Source: Bacillota bacterium
Lineage (GTDB): Bacteria > Bacillota > Clostridia > Christensenellales > SZUA-584
NCBI GenBank assembly: GCA_023390815.1
Contig: JAEWCC010000035.1
Location: 6,543-70,542 of the forward strand
Direction of reading: 5' to 3'
Length of the DNA stretch: 64,000 nt
The notes beneath the pieces were generated by a model. That model did no database searches. It had not been told where the DNA came from and saw nothing but the letters and a program-made list of their open reading frames with translations. The position numbers were made by a program, and so were the translations under genes. Shown here in pieces: positions 20,871-30,402 of this stretch (positions are counted from its first letter, which is position 1; the number at the start of each line of letters is the position of its first letter).

Positions 20871-22040
20871 ATGAGCAAATTCATCATCGTGGTGATGGAC
20901 AGCGTGGGCGTCGGCGCACAGCCTGACGCGGACCGTTTTGGAGACGAGGGTTCCGATACGGTGGGTCACATCGTCGAAGCATATCCGGATATCAAGCTTA
21001 AGAACCTTTCAAAGCTTGGCATGTGTAAATTAAAGCCGCAGCTGCCGTGCAGCGGAGAACTGATCGGCTCTTACGGCAAAGCCGGAGAGGTGTTCCCAGG
21101 TAAGGACACGACCGGCGGACACTTTGAAATTGCGGGGCTGGCGCTGGAAAAGCCTTTCCCGACGTTCCCGCACGGTTTCCCCGAAGACTTCATGCGTTCG
21201 TTTGAAAAAGCCATTGGACGCAGGACCATCGGCAATTATCCGGCATCGGGTACCGAGATCATCCAGCAGCTTGGAAAAGAGCATGTGGAAACCGGCGCAC
21301 CGATCGTCTATACCTCTGCCGACAGCGTGTTCCAGATCGCCGCGCACGAGGACGTGATCCCGCTTAAGGAACAGTACGCAATCTGCGAAACCGCGCGCAA
21401 TATGCTCGTCGGAGACCTTGCCGTAGGCCGCGTGATCGCGCGTCCGTTTACCGGCGTGGAAGGCAGCTTTACACGTACCAAGAACCGCCGGGATTTCTCG
21501 TTTGCGCCGCCCGGAGAGACCATCCTCACTGCGGTGAAGAATGCGGGGCTGGAGGTCGCGGGTGTCGGCAAGATCGAGGACATATTTGCGGGCGTTGGGC
21601 TGACGAAACGCAACCATACCACCGACAACGACGGAGGCGTCACCGCGACGATCGATTACATCCGTTCGGATTTCGACGGGCTCGTGTTTACGAACCTGGT
21701 GGATTTTGATATGCTCTACGGCCACCGCAACAACGTGAAGGGATATAAGGATGCGCTGGAAGCGCTGGATGCGCGTATCCCGGAGATCCTGGCCGCAATG
21801 AACGAGGACGACATCGTCATATTCACCGCGGACCACGGCTGTGACCCGACGACAGCTTCTACCGACCATTCGCGTGAATACATTCCGATCCTCGCATACG
21901 GACAGCACATAAAGGCGGGCGTTGATATCGGCACGCGCAAGACCTATTCGGATATCGCCGCAACCGCCGCCGAATACTTTGGCCTCACGGGCTGGAACCA
22001 TGGAACTTCGTTCTACCGACAGATCATAAAGGAGCAATAG
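20871..22040 (+). CDS. deoB: phosphopentomutase
   Basis: ATG 20871 follows a [22 protein letters not shown]-terminus and [10 protein letters not shown] metal-binding block. Confidence 0.94.
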   Translation: MSKFIIVVMDSVGVGAQPDADRFGDEGSDTVGHIVEAYPDIKLKNLSKLGMCKLKPQLPCSGELIGSYGKAGEVFPGKDTTGGHFEIAGLALEKPFPTFPHGFPEDFMRSFEKAIGRRTIGNYPASGTEIIQQLGKEHVETGAPIVYTSADSVFQIAAHEDVIPLKEQYAICETARNMLVGDLAVGRVIARPFTGVEGSFTRTKNRRDFSFAPPGETILTAVKNAGLEVAGVGKIEDIFAGVGLTKRNHTTDNDGGVTATIDYIRSDFDGLVFTNLVDFDMLYGHRNNVKGYKDALEALDARIPEILAAMNEDDIVIFTADHGCDPTTASTDHSREYIPILAYGQHIKAGVDIGTRKTYSDIAATAAEYFGLTGWNHGTSFYRQIIKEQ

Positions 22041-22041
22041 C

Positions 22042-22872
22042 ATGACGACAATCAACAGGATCAACGACGCATACGATTTTCTGAGCCGTGCGACGGCGCA
22101 GCGTCCGACGCTCTGCGTCGTGCTGGGTAGCGGACTCGGCGCTTACGCGGAGTCCATGGAAAACGCGCAAATCATCGAATATAAGGATGTGCCGGGCTTC
22201 CCGGTTTCCACGGTGCCGGGCCATGCGGGCCGGCTGGTGTTCGGACGGAAGCACGGTGTGGATGTGGTATGTATGCAGGGGCGTTTCCATTGCTACGAGG
22301 GTTACGCGGCGGCAGAGACGGTGATTCCGCTGCGCACGCTGATTAAGCTCGGCGTGAAACAGCTGCTGGCCACCAACGCGGCGGGCGGCGTCAATATGGG
22401 CTTTAACCCGGGCGATATCATGATCATTTCAGATCATATCAACCTTACCTCTTTAACTCCACTGGAAGGGCCGAATCTCGACGAATTCGGGCCGCGCTTC
22501 CCGGACATGAGTTTTGCATACAGCAGGAAACTGATCACGGCGCTGGAGCAGGTCGCGAAACAGAACGGCATTCTGGTGCGCAAGGGCGTTTATATGATGA
22601 TGAAGGGGCCGTCCTTCGAGACGCCTGCGGAGATTCGTGCGGCGCGGTCGCTAGGCGCGGATGCGGTCGGCATGTCGACGGTGCCGGAAATCATCACCGC
22701 GGCGCATGCGGGCGTCGCCTCGGCGGCGATGTCGTGCATCACCAACATGGCTGCGGGCATTTTAGATCAGCCGCTGTCGCATGAAGAAGTGATGGAAACG
22801 GGCAAGGTAGCGGCGGCGCGTATCGCCGCATTAATCGACGGATTCATCGAACAGGTCGGCAATATGGGCTGA
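22042..22872 (+). CDS. punA: purine nucleoside phosphorylase (trimeric PunA type)
   Basis: GHAGRLVFG, QGRFHCYEGY and GMSTVPE motifs. It starts 1 nt after the deoB stop. Confidence 0.92.
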   Translation: MTTINRINDAYDFLSRATAQRPTLCVVLGSGLGAYAESMENAQIIEYKDVPGFPVSTVPGHAGRLVFGRKHGVDVVCMQGRFHCYEGYAAAETVIPLRTLIKLGVKQLLATNAAGGVNMGFNPGDIMIISDHINLTSLTPLEGPNLDEFGPRFPDMSFAYSRKLITALEQVAKQNGILVRKGVYMMMKGPSFETPAEIRAARSLGADAVGMSTVPEIITAAHAGVASAAMSCITNMAAGILDQPLSHEEVMETGKVAAARIAALIDGFIEQVGNMG

Positions 22873-22939
22873 CCTCCCGCAAGTGACTAACCCTGTCCGC
22901 AAAAGCTGGAACGGCAATCATCTATTTGGGAGGCTTAAC

Positions 22940-23500
22940 ATGGAAAACGCGATTCTCTTGATCGATATACAAAACGACTACTTTGCAGGCGGAAGAAACG
23001 AACTGCACCTTCCGGAATTGGCCGCATCCCGTGCCAGAGAAGCACTCGAATTATATAGAAGATTGAATCTGCCGGTATTTCATGTACAGCACATCAGCAC
23101 CAGGCCCGGCGCAACATTCTTTCTGCCCGATACGGCGGGGGCAGATATCCATGAGAGCGTTGCGCCGTTGCCGAATGAGAATGTGATCGTCAAGCATGCG
23201 CCCAACGCATTTTTTCAAACGGAGTTAGCCGCTGAACTTCAACGGCTGGAGGTCCGGCATCTGGTCATTTGCGGAATGATGAGTCATATGTGCATCGATA
23301 CCTCCGTCAGGGCTGCGAAAGATCATGGTTTCGCCGTAACCTTATTGGAGGATGCATGCACAACAAAGGATTTGCGTTGGCGCGAAACGGTAATCCCCGC
23401 TGAAACGGTACATCAAACGTTCATGGCAGCGCTGAGCGGCAGCTTTGCGCAGGTGCAGAGAACGGAAGAATTCATCGCGGGTATCGTCAATAACCGGTAA
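22940..23500 (+). CDS. cysteine hydrolase / isochorismatase-family protein
   Basis: ATG 22940 follows GGGAGG. ILLIDIQNDYF N-terminus and a VICGMMSHMCIDTSVRAA catalytic-Cys region. Confidence 0.82.
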   Translation: MENAILLIDIQNDYFAGGRNELHLPELAASRAREALELYRRLNLPVFHVQHISTRPGATFFLPDTAGADIHESVAPLPNENVIVKHAPNAFFQTELAAELQRLEVRHLVICGMMSHMCIDTSVRAAKDHGFAVTLLEDACTTKDLRWRETVIPAETVHQTFMAALSGSFAQVQRTEEFIAGIVNNR

Positions 23501-23539
23501 ACAAACTGACATACAGGCGTATCCCGCCGCTCTCCGGGA

Positions 23540-24235
23540 CTATTCAAATACGATAGGCCGACCGAACAGGTTCCAGTCGGCATACGTTTCAATACCGCCA
23601 TTGACGATGTTGTTGTAGATGCGCCTGTCCACGGTACGCTTTCGGACCACGCCACAAAAACCGCCTACTGCTTCATAAATATATCCCTGCCGCCCGACGA
23701 CGCCCATGTGAACGATCTTGCCTTCGGCGTCCTGTAGAAAAACGATATCGCCCGGGCGCAGGTCGTCTTTGCTGATGGGCGTGCAGTAATCATAATAGGT
23801 ATCGCTCGCTGTCCTGTCGGTATACTCATCGTATAAGCCAACTTCGTTGGCGGCATACCACCAAAGGCCGCTGCAGTCCCAGCAGTAATCCTGCGGAAAT
23901 TCCCGGTCGCCCGTTTTTTCTGCGATTTCCATGAAATATTCGAGCCGGCCGTCACTGAAGTAGTCGGGATACATCTGGTATACTTTATCAACAAATTCTG
24001 TTGTGATCGCATCGCCCTGGCCGCTGAATATGTACTGACCACCCACGCAGGTATCGAGCAGGTTCAGCAGAGACTGTACCTGGGCCGAAGGCTCGGCTTC
24101 ATCTGCGTACTTGGCCTCGTAATATTCGCGGTCGTGTTCGTTCTCCTCAGCGGTGAGCGGCGCACACGAAGCGAGCAGTGCTGCAATCAACAGGCCAATG
24201 ACTGACATTAATAGCGTCTTACGAACGTTTTTCAT
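23540..24235 (-). CDS. NlpC/P60 (C40) family cell-wall peptidase lipoprotein
   Basis: Signal peptide with lipobox LLASC. A catalytic-Cys context DCSGLWWY and the downstream GDIVFLQD...IVHMGVV are typical of NlpC/P60. Confidence 0.8.
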   Translation of the reverse strand: MKNVRKTLLMSVIGLLIAALLASCAPLTAEENEHDREYYEAKYADEAEPSAQVQSLLNLLDTCVGGQYIFSGQGDAITTEFVDKVYQMYPDYFSDGRLEYFMEIAEKTGDREFPQDYCWDCSGLWWYAANEVGLYDEYTDRTASDTYYDYCTPISKDDLRPGDIVFLQDAEGKIVHMGVVGRQGYIYEAVGGFCGVVRKRTVDRRIYNNIVNGGIETYADWNLFGRPIVFE

Positions 24236-24350
24236 GACAGCATTATACCGGAATCACAAAAAGTATTCAACCCAAACAATGGTTGCCACGATGTTTTCAA
24301 AAGAATAGTGCTGCCGCGCTTCGGGAAAACTAACCGCAAACACTAAAAGG

Positions 24351-25502
24351 GTGATGAATATGAAAAAAATGTTACTGATCATGCTCGTGATCATGATGGC
24401 ACTGGCGATTCCGGTCACCGCGTTTGCAGAGGGCGTCACACCGCAGGCGAAAAGCTTCGTGCTCATGGATGCAAATTCCGGTACTATACTGGCAGAGAAC
24501 AATGCCGATGAACAGTTGCCTTGCGCCAGCGTCATCAAAACGATGACCATGCTGCTGCTGTTTGATGCAGTAGAAAGCGGGCGGCTGTCGCTGCAGGATA
24601 CGGTTTCCATCAGCGAGCACGCCGCATCCATGGGCGGCACACAGGTATTTCTAGACGTGAATACCACCCACACCGTTGAAAACCTACTGAAAGCCATGAT
24701 GATCAACAGCGCGAATGACGCCACGGTGGCGCTGGCTGAAAAGATGGCGGGCAGTGAACAAGCCTTTGTCGAGATGATGAATAAGAAGGCGCAGGTGATG
24801 GGGTTGGGCGCGCACTTTGTCAACGCAACAGGCCTCGACGCAGATGGTCAGACGATGAGCGCGCGCGACATTGCCACGATCAGCAAGGAACTGGTGAAGT
24901 TCGATTTGCCGTTCACGTGGAGCACCATTTGGATGGATAATTATAAGCATCCCGATGGCCGTGAAACCGAAATGGTCAACGCGAACCGGCTCGTCAAGTA
25001 TTACGAGGGCGGCGACGGCCTCTCAACCGGCTCCTCCAATACGGCGGGGTATTGTATCGCCGCAACGGCGAAGCGCGACGCGGGACGCTTTATCTTTGTG
25101 GCACTGGGCGCACCCAGCAGCGATGTTCGCTTCGAAGACGCGCGCGCCGCATTGGATTACGCGTTTGCGGGCTTCTCCGCAACCACGGTCGTTCGGGACG
25201 GTCAGCAGCTGTGCCAGAACTATCCGGTCAGCGGAGGAACGAAGTCCTCGGTGGATGTAAATGCGAGCGGAGAGTTCTCCCTGCTGCTCGAAAAAGGGAC
25301 CGAAGGCCAGATGGAGAAGGAACTGGTTATGCTCGAAGATGTGAAGGCGCCTGTTGAGAAAGGCCAGAAGATCGGGTATCTTCGCATCCTGATGGATGGC
25401 AAGGAGATTGGGCGTGTCGATGCGGTTGCGGGTGAGTCGATACCGGCACGCAACTACGCAAATTCACTGCACAGCATACTGGTCTGGTGGCTGTTCGGAT
25501 AA
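24351..25502 (+). CDS. D-alanyl-D-alanine carboxypeptidase (peptidase S11, PBP5-like)
   Basis: Signal peptide, SVIKT (SxxK), SANDA (SxN), and a C-terminal PBP5_C-like domain with a terminal amphipathic/TM tail. The start is ambiguous (GTG 24351, ATG 24354 or ATG 24360). Confidence 0.88.
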   Translation: MMNMKKMLLIMLVIMMALAIPVTAFAEGVTPQAKSFVLMDANSGTILAENNADEQLPCASVIKTMTMLLLFDAVESGRLSLQDTVSISEHAASMGGTQVFLDVNTTHTVENLLKAMMINSANDATVALAEKMAGSEQAFVEMMNKKAQVMGLGAHFVNATGLDADGQTMSARDIATISKELVKFDLPFTWSTIWMDNYKHPDGRETEMVNANRLVKYYEGGDGLSTGSSNTAGYCIAATAKRDAGRFIFVALGAPSSDVRFEDARAALDYAFAGFSATTVVRDGQQLCQNYPVSGGTKSSVDVNASGEFSLLLEKGTEGQMEKELVMLEDVKAPVEKGQKIGYLRILMDGKEIGRVDAVAGESIPARNYANSLHSILVWWLFG

Positions 25503-25507
25503 GCGCA

Positions 25508-25536
25508 TTGACAGCCCTTGACGCCTACGGTACAAT
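25508..25536 (+). promoter_or_regulatory. sigma-A-type promoter TTGACA-17-TACAAT upstream of surE
   Basis: Exact TTGACA (25508-25513), a 17-nt spacer and TACAAT (25531-25536), 22 nt before the surE ATG. Confidence 0.55.
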
Positions 25537-25557
25537 ACAAGGCGGCAGGAGGGGACT

Positions 25558-26328
25558 ATGCGCATACTGAATGTAAATGATGACGGCATCCATGCAAAGG
25601 GCATTTTAGCGCTTTCGCAAAGGCTTTCACGCGAGCACGAAGTAACGGTGGTCGCACCCGACTCCGAAAGGAGCGCGACGTCCCATTCCATTACCATTTA
25701 CCGGCCGCTGCGGGTTAAAAAGGCGGAGCTGCCGGGTGTGAAAGCTTGCTATATGACGGACGGGCTGCCGGTCGACTGTACGAAGATCGGCATCTCGCAC
25801 GTAATGAAATCCGAAGTTGATCTCGTTGTTTCGGGGATTAACCACGGCCCCAATATGGGCTCGGATATCCTCTATTCGGGTACCGTGGCCGCTGCGCTCG
25901 ACGCGGTGATCATGGGATACAATGCGCTCGCCGTATCCATCGACGCCTATTTTCCGGAGCATCTTGATGCCGCGGCGGAGGTTGCTGCGCGTGTAATTGC
26001 AAGCGGAATTTTTGAGGGCAGTTTCTCCGGCGTGCTTTATAATCTTAACGTGCCCGACCTGCCTTACGAGCAAATCAAGGGTATTAAGACCGTGAGGCAA
26101 GGGCGTACGCTCTACGTGGATGACGTCGATGTGCGCAATGATCCCCGCGGCAAGGAGTATGTCTGGATGGCAAGCCGTTTCGTGAAAGAAGAAGCGGACG
26201 CGGATACCGATGTCGGCGCGGTCGCTGCCGGGTTTGCCGCCATCACGCCAATCCATTTCAACCTGACCGATATGGCACGTTTGCCCGAGCTTGCGTGCAA
26301 GATGGAAAAATTAAAATTGCATATCTGA
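25558..26328 (+). CDS. surE: 5'/3'-nucleotidase SurE
   Basis: ILNVNDDGIHAKGI N-terminus, with GINHGPNMGSDILYSGTVAAA. Confidence 0.94.
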   Translation: MRILNVNDDGIHAKGILALSQRLSREHEVTVVAPDSERSATSHSITIYRPLRVKKAELPGVKACYMTDGLPVDCTKIGISHVMKSEVDLVVSGINHGPNMGSDILYSGTVAAALDAVIMGYNALAVSIDAYFPEHLDAAAEVAARVIASGIFEGSFSGVLYNLNVPDLPYEQIKGIKTVRQGRTLYVDDVDVRNDPRGKEYVWMASRFVKEEADADTDVGAVAAGFAAITPIHFNLTDMARLPELACKMEKLKLHI

Positions 26329-26377
26329 ACCGAATATGATATGATAAAACTATATAATTATGTTTTCGGGGGTGAAT

Positions 26378-27247
26378 ATGCAGGATAACGATATTATAAA
26401 AGTCATAATGGACAATCAGCATAACATGAGCAAGGGGCACAGGGCCATTGCTTCCTATATTGTGGACCACTATGATACCGTCGCATTCATCACGGCTTCG
26501 CGTCTGGGTGAGCTAGTGGGCGTAAGCGAGAGCACGGTGGTCCGTTTCGCGTGTGCGCTCGGTTACGACGGGTACCCCGAATTGCAGAAAAAACTGCAGG
26601 AGCTGATCAAAACGCGCCTGACCAATGTGCAGCGCATGGGCCTTGGCTCCGAAATGTCGGAGGAAGATCTTGTGCGCACCTCGCTGCGCACCGATATCAC
26701 GAGCCTCCGGCACGTCAAGGAAGTGCTCGATTACGGCATGGTCGGCAAAGCGGCGGACATGATCCTAGCCGCGCGGCAGGTATACATACTGGGTCTCCGG
26801 GCCAGCGCGCCGCTCGCCCACTTTCTCTGGTACTATCTGAACTATATCATTCCCAATACAAGCCTTGCGACGTCCAGCATCGGCGGGGACATATTCGGCC
26901 AGCTCATGCACGCGGGCAAGGATGACCTCGTCGTGGCCATCAGCTTTCCGCGATATTCTTCACGGACGGTGGAAGGCGTGTCGTTTGCCAAAAACAACGG
27001 CGCCAAGGTGCTGGCTGTCACCGACAACGAACTTTCGCCGCTTGCAGCGCTGTCGGACGAGTGCCTGTATGTCAACATGGATATGAATCTGTTCGTCGAT
27101 TCGCTCGTCGCTCCCTTAAGCGTAATCAACACGCTGGTGCTGCTTGTGGGCATGCGCCAGAAGGACGGCCTCCGGCAGAACTTCGAAATGCTCGAAGACC
27201 TTTGGCGCAAGCACGACGTATATACCAACAAGGACGCGCGCGCATGA
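26378..27247 (+). CDS. MurR/RpiR-family transcriptional regulator (HTH + SIS domain)
   Basis: N-terminal HTH_6 pattern (HRAIASYIVDHYDTVAFITASRLGELVGVSESTVVRFA) and a C-terminal SIS fold (VYILGLRASAPLA). ATG 26360 is an alternative start. Confidence 0.85.
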   Translation: MQDNDIIKVIMDNQHNMSKGHRAIASYIVDHYDTVAFITASRLGELVGVSESTVVRFACALGYDGYPELQKKLQELIKTRLTNVQRMGLGSEMSEEDLVRTSLRTDITSLRHVKEVLDYGMVGKAADMILAARQVYILGLRASAPLAHFLWYYLNYIIPNTSLATSSIGGDIFGQLMHAGKDDLVVAISFPRYSSRTVEGVSFAKNNGAKVLAVTDNELSPLAALSDECLYVNMDMNLFVDSLVAPLSVINTLVLLVGMRQKDGLRQNFEMLEDLWRKHDVYTNKDARA

Positions 27248-28452
27248 AGGTATTCGTGATCGGCGGCGGCCCGGCGGGTATGATGGCCGCTTACGCAGCC
27301 GCGATGTCGGGCAAGGAAGTCACGCTGTTTGAGAAGAACGCCAAGCTCGGCAAAAAGCTGTACATTACCGGCAAGGGGCGCTGTAATCTGACCAACGCAA
27401 CGCCGATATCGGAATTTCGTGAGCACGTCGTACACGGCGGCTCATTTTTATACAGCGCGTTTTATGCGCTGGACAACACGGAACTGCTCGCGCTGTTATC
27501 CCGCTACGGGCTGAAAACCAAAACCGAGCGCGGGGGGCGCGTATTTCCTGAGTCAGATAAATCCAGCGACGTTACTAAAGCGCTGGAGAAGGCGCTGGCA
27601 GACGCGGGCGTTCATATCTCGCTCAACAGTACGATTCAAGATATTACGATTGAAAATGGCAAGGTGGCCGGAATCGTTGCGGACGGCAGGAAGCTGCTCT
27701 GTGACAACGTGATCGTCGCGACAGGCGGTTTGTCTTACCCTTCTACGGGGAGCACGGGCGACGGATACGAGTTCGCGCGGCGCGCGGGGCATCAGGTGAC
27801 ACCGCTTTCCGCGTCGCTCGTCGGGCTGGAAACGCGCGAGGATGTACATGACCTCGCCGGACTGACGCTGAAAAACGTGAGCCTTTCGCTGCTTCGGGGA
27901 ACGAAGACCGTTTACGATGAGCAGGGCGAGATGCTTTTCACGCACACCGGCGTATCGGGTCCGCTCGTGCTCTCCGCGAGCGCGCATATGACAGCAGACG
28001 AAGGTTATGCCGTCGAAGTGGACTTAAAGCCCGCGCTGGATATGGGTACGCTGGATAAGCGGCTGCAGCGCGATATAGCCGAAAAACAGAACAAGGACTT
28101 TGCCAACGTGCTGGCCGGGCTCGAACCAGCTCGTCTGATCCCTTATATCGCTCAGCATACCGGTATTCCTTTGGATAAAAAGGCGCATTCCATCACGCGC
28201 GAGGAGCGCATGTCGGTCGCGAAGACGCTGAAAGCGATGCATTTTACGATCCGCGGCAAGCGTCCCGTTACCGAAGCGGTCATCACGCGCGGCGGTGTAG
28301 ACCTGAAAGAAATCGACGCGTCCACGATGCAGAGCAAACTGATTAAGGGGCTGTTTTTCGCGGGAGAAGTGATTGACGCGGACGCGTATACCGGCGGCTA
28401 CAACCTGCAAATCGCGTTTTCCACCGGATACCTTGCGGGGATTAAGGCATAG
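27244..28452 (+). CDS. NAD(P)/FAD-dependent oxidoreductase, HI0933/BaiN family
   Basis: ATGA overlap with the regulator gene. VIGGGPAGMMAA dinucleotide fold, GKGRCNLTN, and C-terminal GLFFAGEVIDADAYTGGYNLQ. Confidence 0.88.
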   Translation: MKVFVIGGGPAGMMAAYAAAMSGKEVTLFEKNAKLGKKLYITGKGRCNLTNATPISEFREHVVHGGSFLYSAFYALDNTELLALLSRYGLKTKTERGGRVFPESDKSSDVTKALEKALADAGVHISLNSTIQDITIENGKVAGIVADGRKLLCDNVIVATGGLSYPSTGSTGDGYEFARRAGHQVTPLSASLVGLETREDVHDLAGLTLKNVSLSLLRGTKTVYDEQGEMLFTHTGVSGPLVLSASAHMTADEGYAVEVDLKPALDMGTLDKRLQRDIAEKQNKDFANVLAGLEPARLIPYIAQHTGIPLDKKAHSITREERMSVAKTLKAMHFTIRGKRPVTEAVITRGGVDLKEIDASTMQSKLIKGLFFAGEVIDADAYTGGYNLQIAFSTGYLAGIKA

Positions 28453-28505
28453 CCGCTTCGCGTTATAGAAAGATCGTAAATACCTGTCGTGAACCTATAC
28501 GCTTT

Positions 28506-28531
28506 AAACGGCGAGCAAACCGCCGTTTTTT
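28506..28531 (+). terminator. intrinsic terminator after the flavoprotein gene
   Basis: Stem AAACGGCG/CGCCGTTT with a 7-nt loop, followed by a T-run. Confidence 0.8.
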
Positions 28532-28557
28532 GATTGCCGAAAATTCCATGTTATAAT
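28530..28557 (+). promoter_or_regulatory. candidate lepA promoter TTGATT-16-TATAAT (extended TGT-TATAAT)
   Basis: Hexamers read directly from the sequence. The -35 abuts the terminator T-run and lies 45 nt upstream of the lepA ATG. Confidence 0.5.
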
Positions 28558-28602
28558 ATAATGTGCTGGCGGGGGCAATAAGCCTCCACGAAAGGGATAC
28601 GA

Positions 28603-30402
28603 ATGACGACCGCTACCGAACGCATACGCAATTTCTGCATCATCGCGCATATTGACCACGGCAAATCGACGCTGGCCGACCGGCTTATCGAGGCGACCAA
28701 CACCGTACCTCAGCGCGACATGCATGAACAGATACTCGATACGATGGAGCTTGAGCAGGAGCGCGGCATCACCATTAAGGCGCAGGCTGTCCGCATGTTC
28801 TATATGAAGGACGGCACGGAGTATATGCTCAACCTGATTGACACGCCGGGCCATGTGGACTTTACCTATGAGGTGTCACGCAGCATGGCGGCCTGCGAAG
28901 GCGCAATACTCGTCGTGGACGCAAGCCAGGGCATTGAAGCGCAGACGCTCGCCAACGTATATCTCGCGATGGACAACAACCTCGAGATCCTTCCGGTCAT
29001 CAACAAGATCGACCTGCCTTCGGCGCGGCCCGAAGAGGTATGCAAGGAGATCGAAGACGTGCTGGGTCTCGATACATCGTACGCGCCGCGCATCAGCGCC
29101 AAGGAAGGTATCGGTACGGAGGATGTGCTGCGTGCCGTCATCGACTATTTGCCCGCACCTAAGGGAAACCGCGAAGGTAAGCTTAAGGCGCTGATATTCG
29201 ATTCCTACTATGATAATTATAAAGGCGCGATCAGCTATGTGCGCGTCAAGGAAGGCAGCGTAAAACCGGGCGACGATATCCTGTTCATGGCTGCGGGGAA
29301 ACGTTTTGATGTGACTGAAGTGGGCGTATTCACACCCTCGCTGCTGCCCGTGCCCTCACTCTCGGCGGGCGAGGTGGGCTATATCGCGGCAAGCATCAAA
29401 AACGTCTCGGACACGCGCGTGGGCGATACGATCACCAACGCGGAAAACGGCGCGGCAGAGCCGCTGCCGGGTTACAAGGAAGTCACGCCGATGGTTTTCT
29501 GCGGTATCTACCCGGCAGACGGCGCGAAATACGACGACCTGCGCGACGCGCTCGCCAAGCTGGAGCTCAACGACGCCTCGCTGATCTATGAGCCGGAGAC
29601 GTCCGTCGCATTGGGCTTCGGGTTCCGCTGCGGCTTTTTGGGTCTGCTGCACATGGAAATCATTCAGGAGCGGCGCGAGCGCGAGTACGATCTCGATCTC
29701 GTGACGACCGCACCGGGCGTCAGCTATCACGTCGTCACCGTACGGGGCGAAAAGCTCGTCGTGGATAACCCGACCAATCTGCCGCCTACCGTGATGATCG
29801 ACTATATGGAAGAACCGGTTGTGAACGCGACGATCATGTCTCCTGATGAGTATGTGGGCGCAATCATGGACCTTTGCCAGGAAAAGCGCGGCGTATTCAA
29901 GAACATGGAATATATCGAAGCGACGCGCGTGATGATCCATTACGAGCTTCCGCTCAACGAGATCATATACGACTTTTTCGACATGCTCAAATCCCGCACG
30001 CGTGGCTACGCATCACTGGACTATGAGATAAAGGGATACGAGAAGAGCGATCTCGTGCGGCTGGATATGCTGCTGAACGGCGATCCGTGTGACGCGCTGT
30101 CCATCATCGTGCACCGCGACAAGGCATACGCGCGCGGACGCACTATCGCCGAAAAGCTGAAGGACGCGATCCCGCGGCAGATGTTCGAAATTCCGATACA
30201 GGCGGCGATTGGCGGCAAGGTGATTGCGCGTGAAACCGTAAAGGCGATGCGCAAGGACGTGCTGGCCAAGTGCTATGGCGGCGACATATCGCGCAAGCGC
30301 AAGCTGCTCGAAAAGCAGAAGGAAGGCAAGAAGCGTATGCGGCAGGTAGGCAGCGTACAGGTGCCTTCTGAGGCGTTTATGTCAGTATTGAAGATGGACT
30401 GA
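28603..30402 (+). CDS. lepA: translation elongation factor 4
   Basis: [28 protein letters not shown] and NKIDL, plus the LepA C-terminal domain. Confidence 0.97.
   Translation: MTTATERIRNFCIIAHIDHGKSTLADRLIEATNTVPQRDMHEQILDTMELEQERGITIKAQAVRMFYMKDGTEYMLNLIDTPGHVDFTYEVSRSMAACEGAILVVDASQGIEAQTLANVYLAMDNNLEILPVINKIDLPSARPEEVCKEIEDVLGLDTSYAPRISAKEGIGTEDVLRAVIDYLPAPKGNREGKLKALIFDSYYDNYKGAISYVRVKEGSVKPGDDILFMAAGKRFDVTEVGVFTPSLLPVPSLSAGEVGYIAASIKNVSDTRVGDTITNAENGAAEPLPGYKEVTPMVFCGIYPADGAKYDDLRDALAKLELNDASLIYEPETSVALGFGFRCGFLGLLHMEIIQERREREYDLDLVTTAPGVSYHVVTVRGEKLVVDNPTNLPPTVMIDYMEEPVVNATIMSPDEYVGAIMDLCQEKRGVFKNMEYIEATRVMIHYELPLNEIIYDFFDMLKSRTRGYASLDYEIKGYEKSDLVRLDMLLNGDPCDALSIIVHRDKAYARGRTIAEKLKDAIPRQMFEIPIQAAIGGKVIARETVKAMRKDVLAKCYGGDISRKRKLLEKQKEGKKRMRQVGSVQVPSEAFMSVLKMD

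Noticed and set aside
22873-28452. Possible accessory or horizontally acquired island (isochorismatase, NlpC/P60, carboxypeptidase, surE, rpiR, flavoprotein) between conserved operons.
   Set aside because: No integrase, transposase, tRNA attachment site, flanking direct repeats or obvious compositional break visible by eye. The gene content is ordinary metabolism and cell-wall housekeeping.
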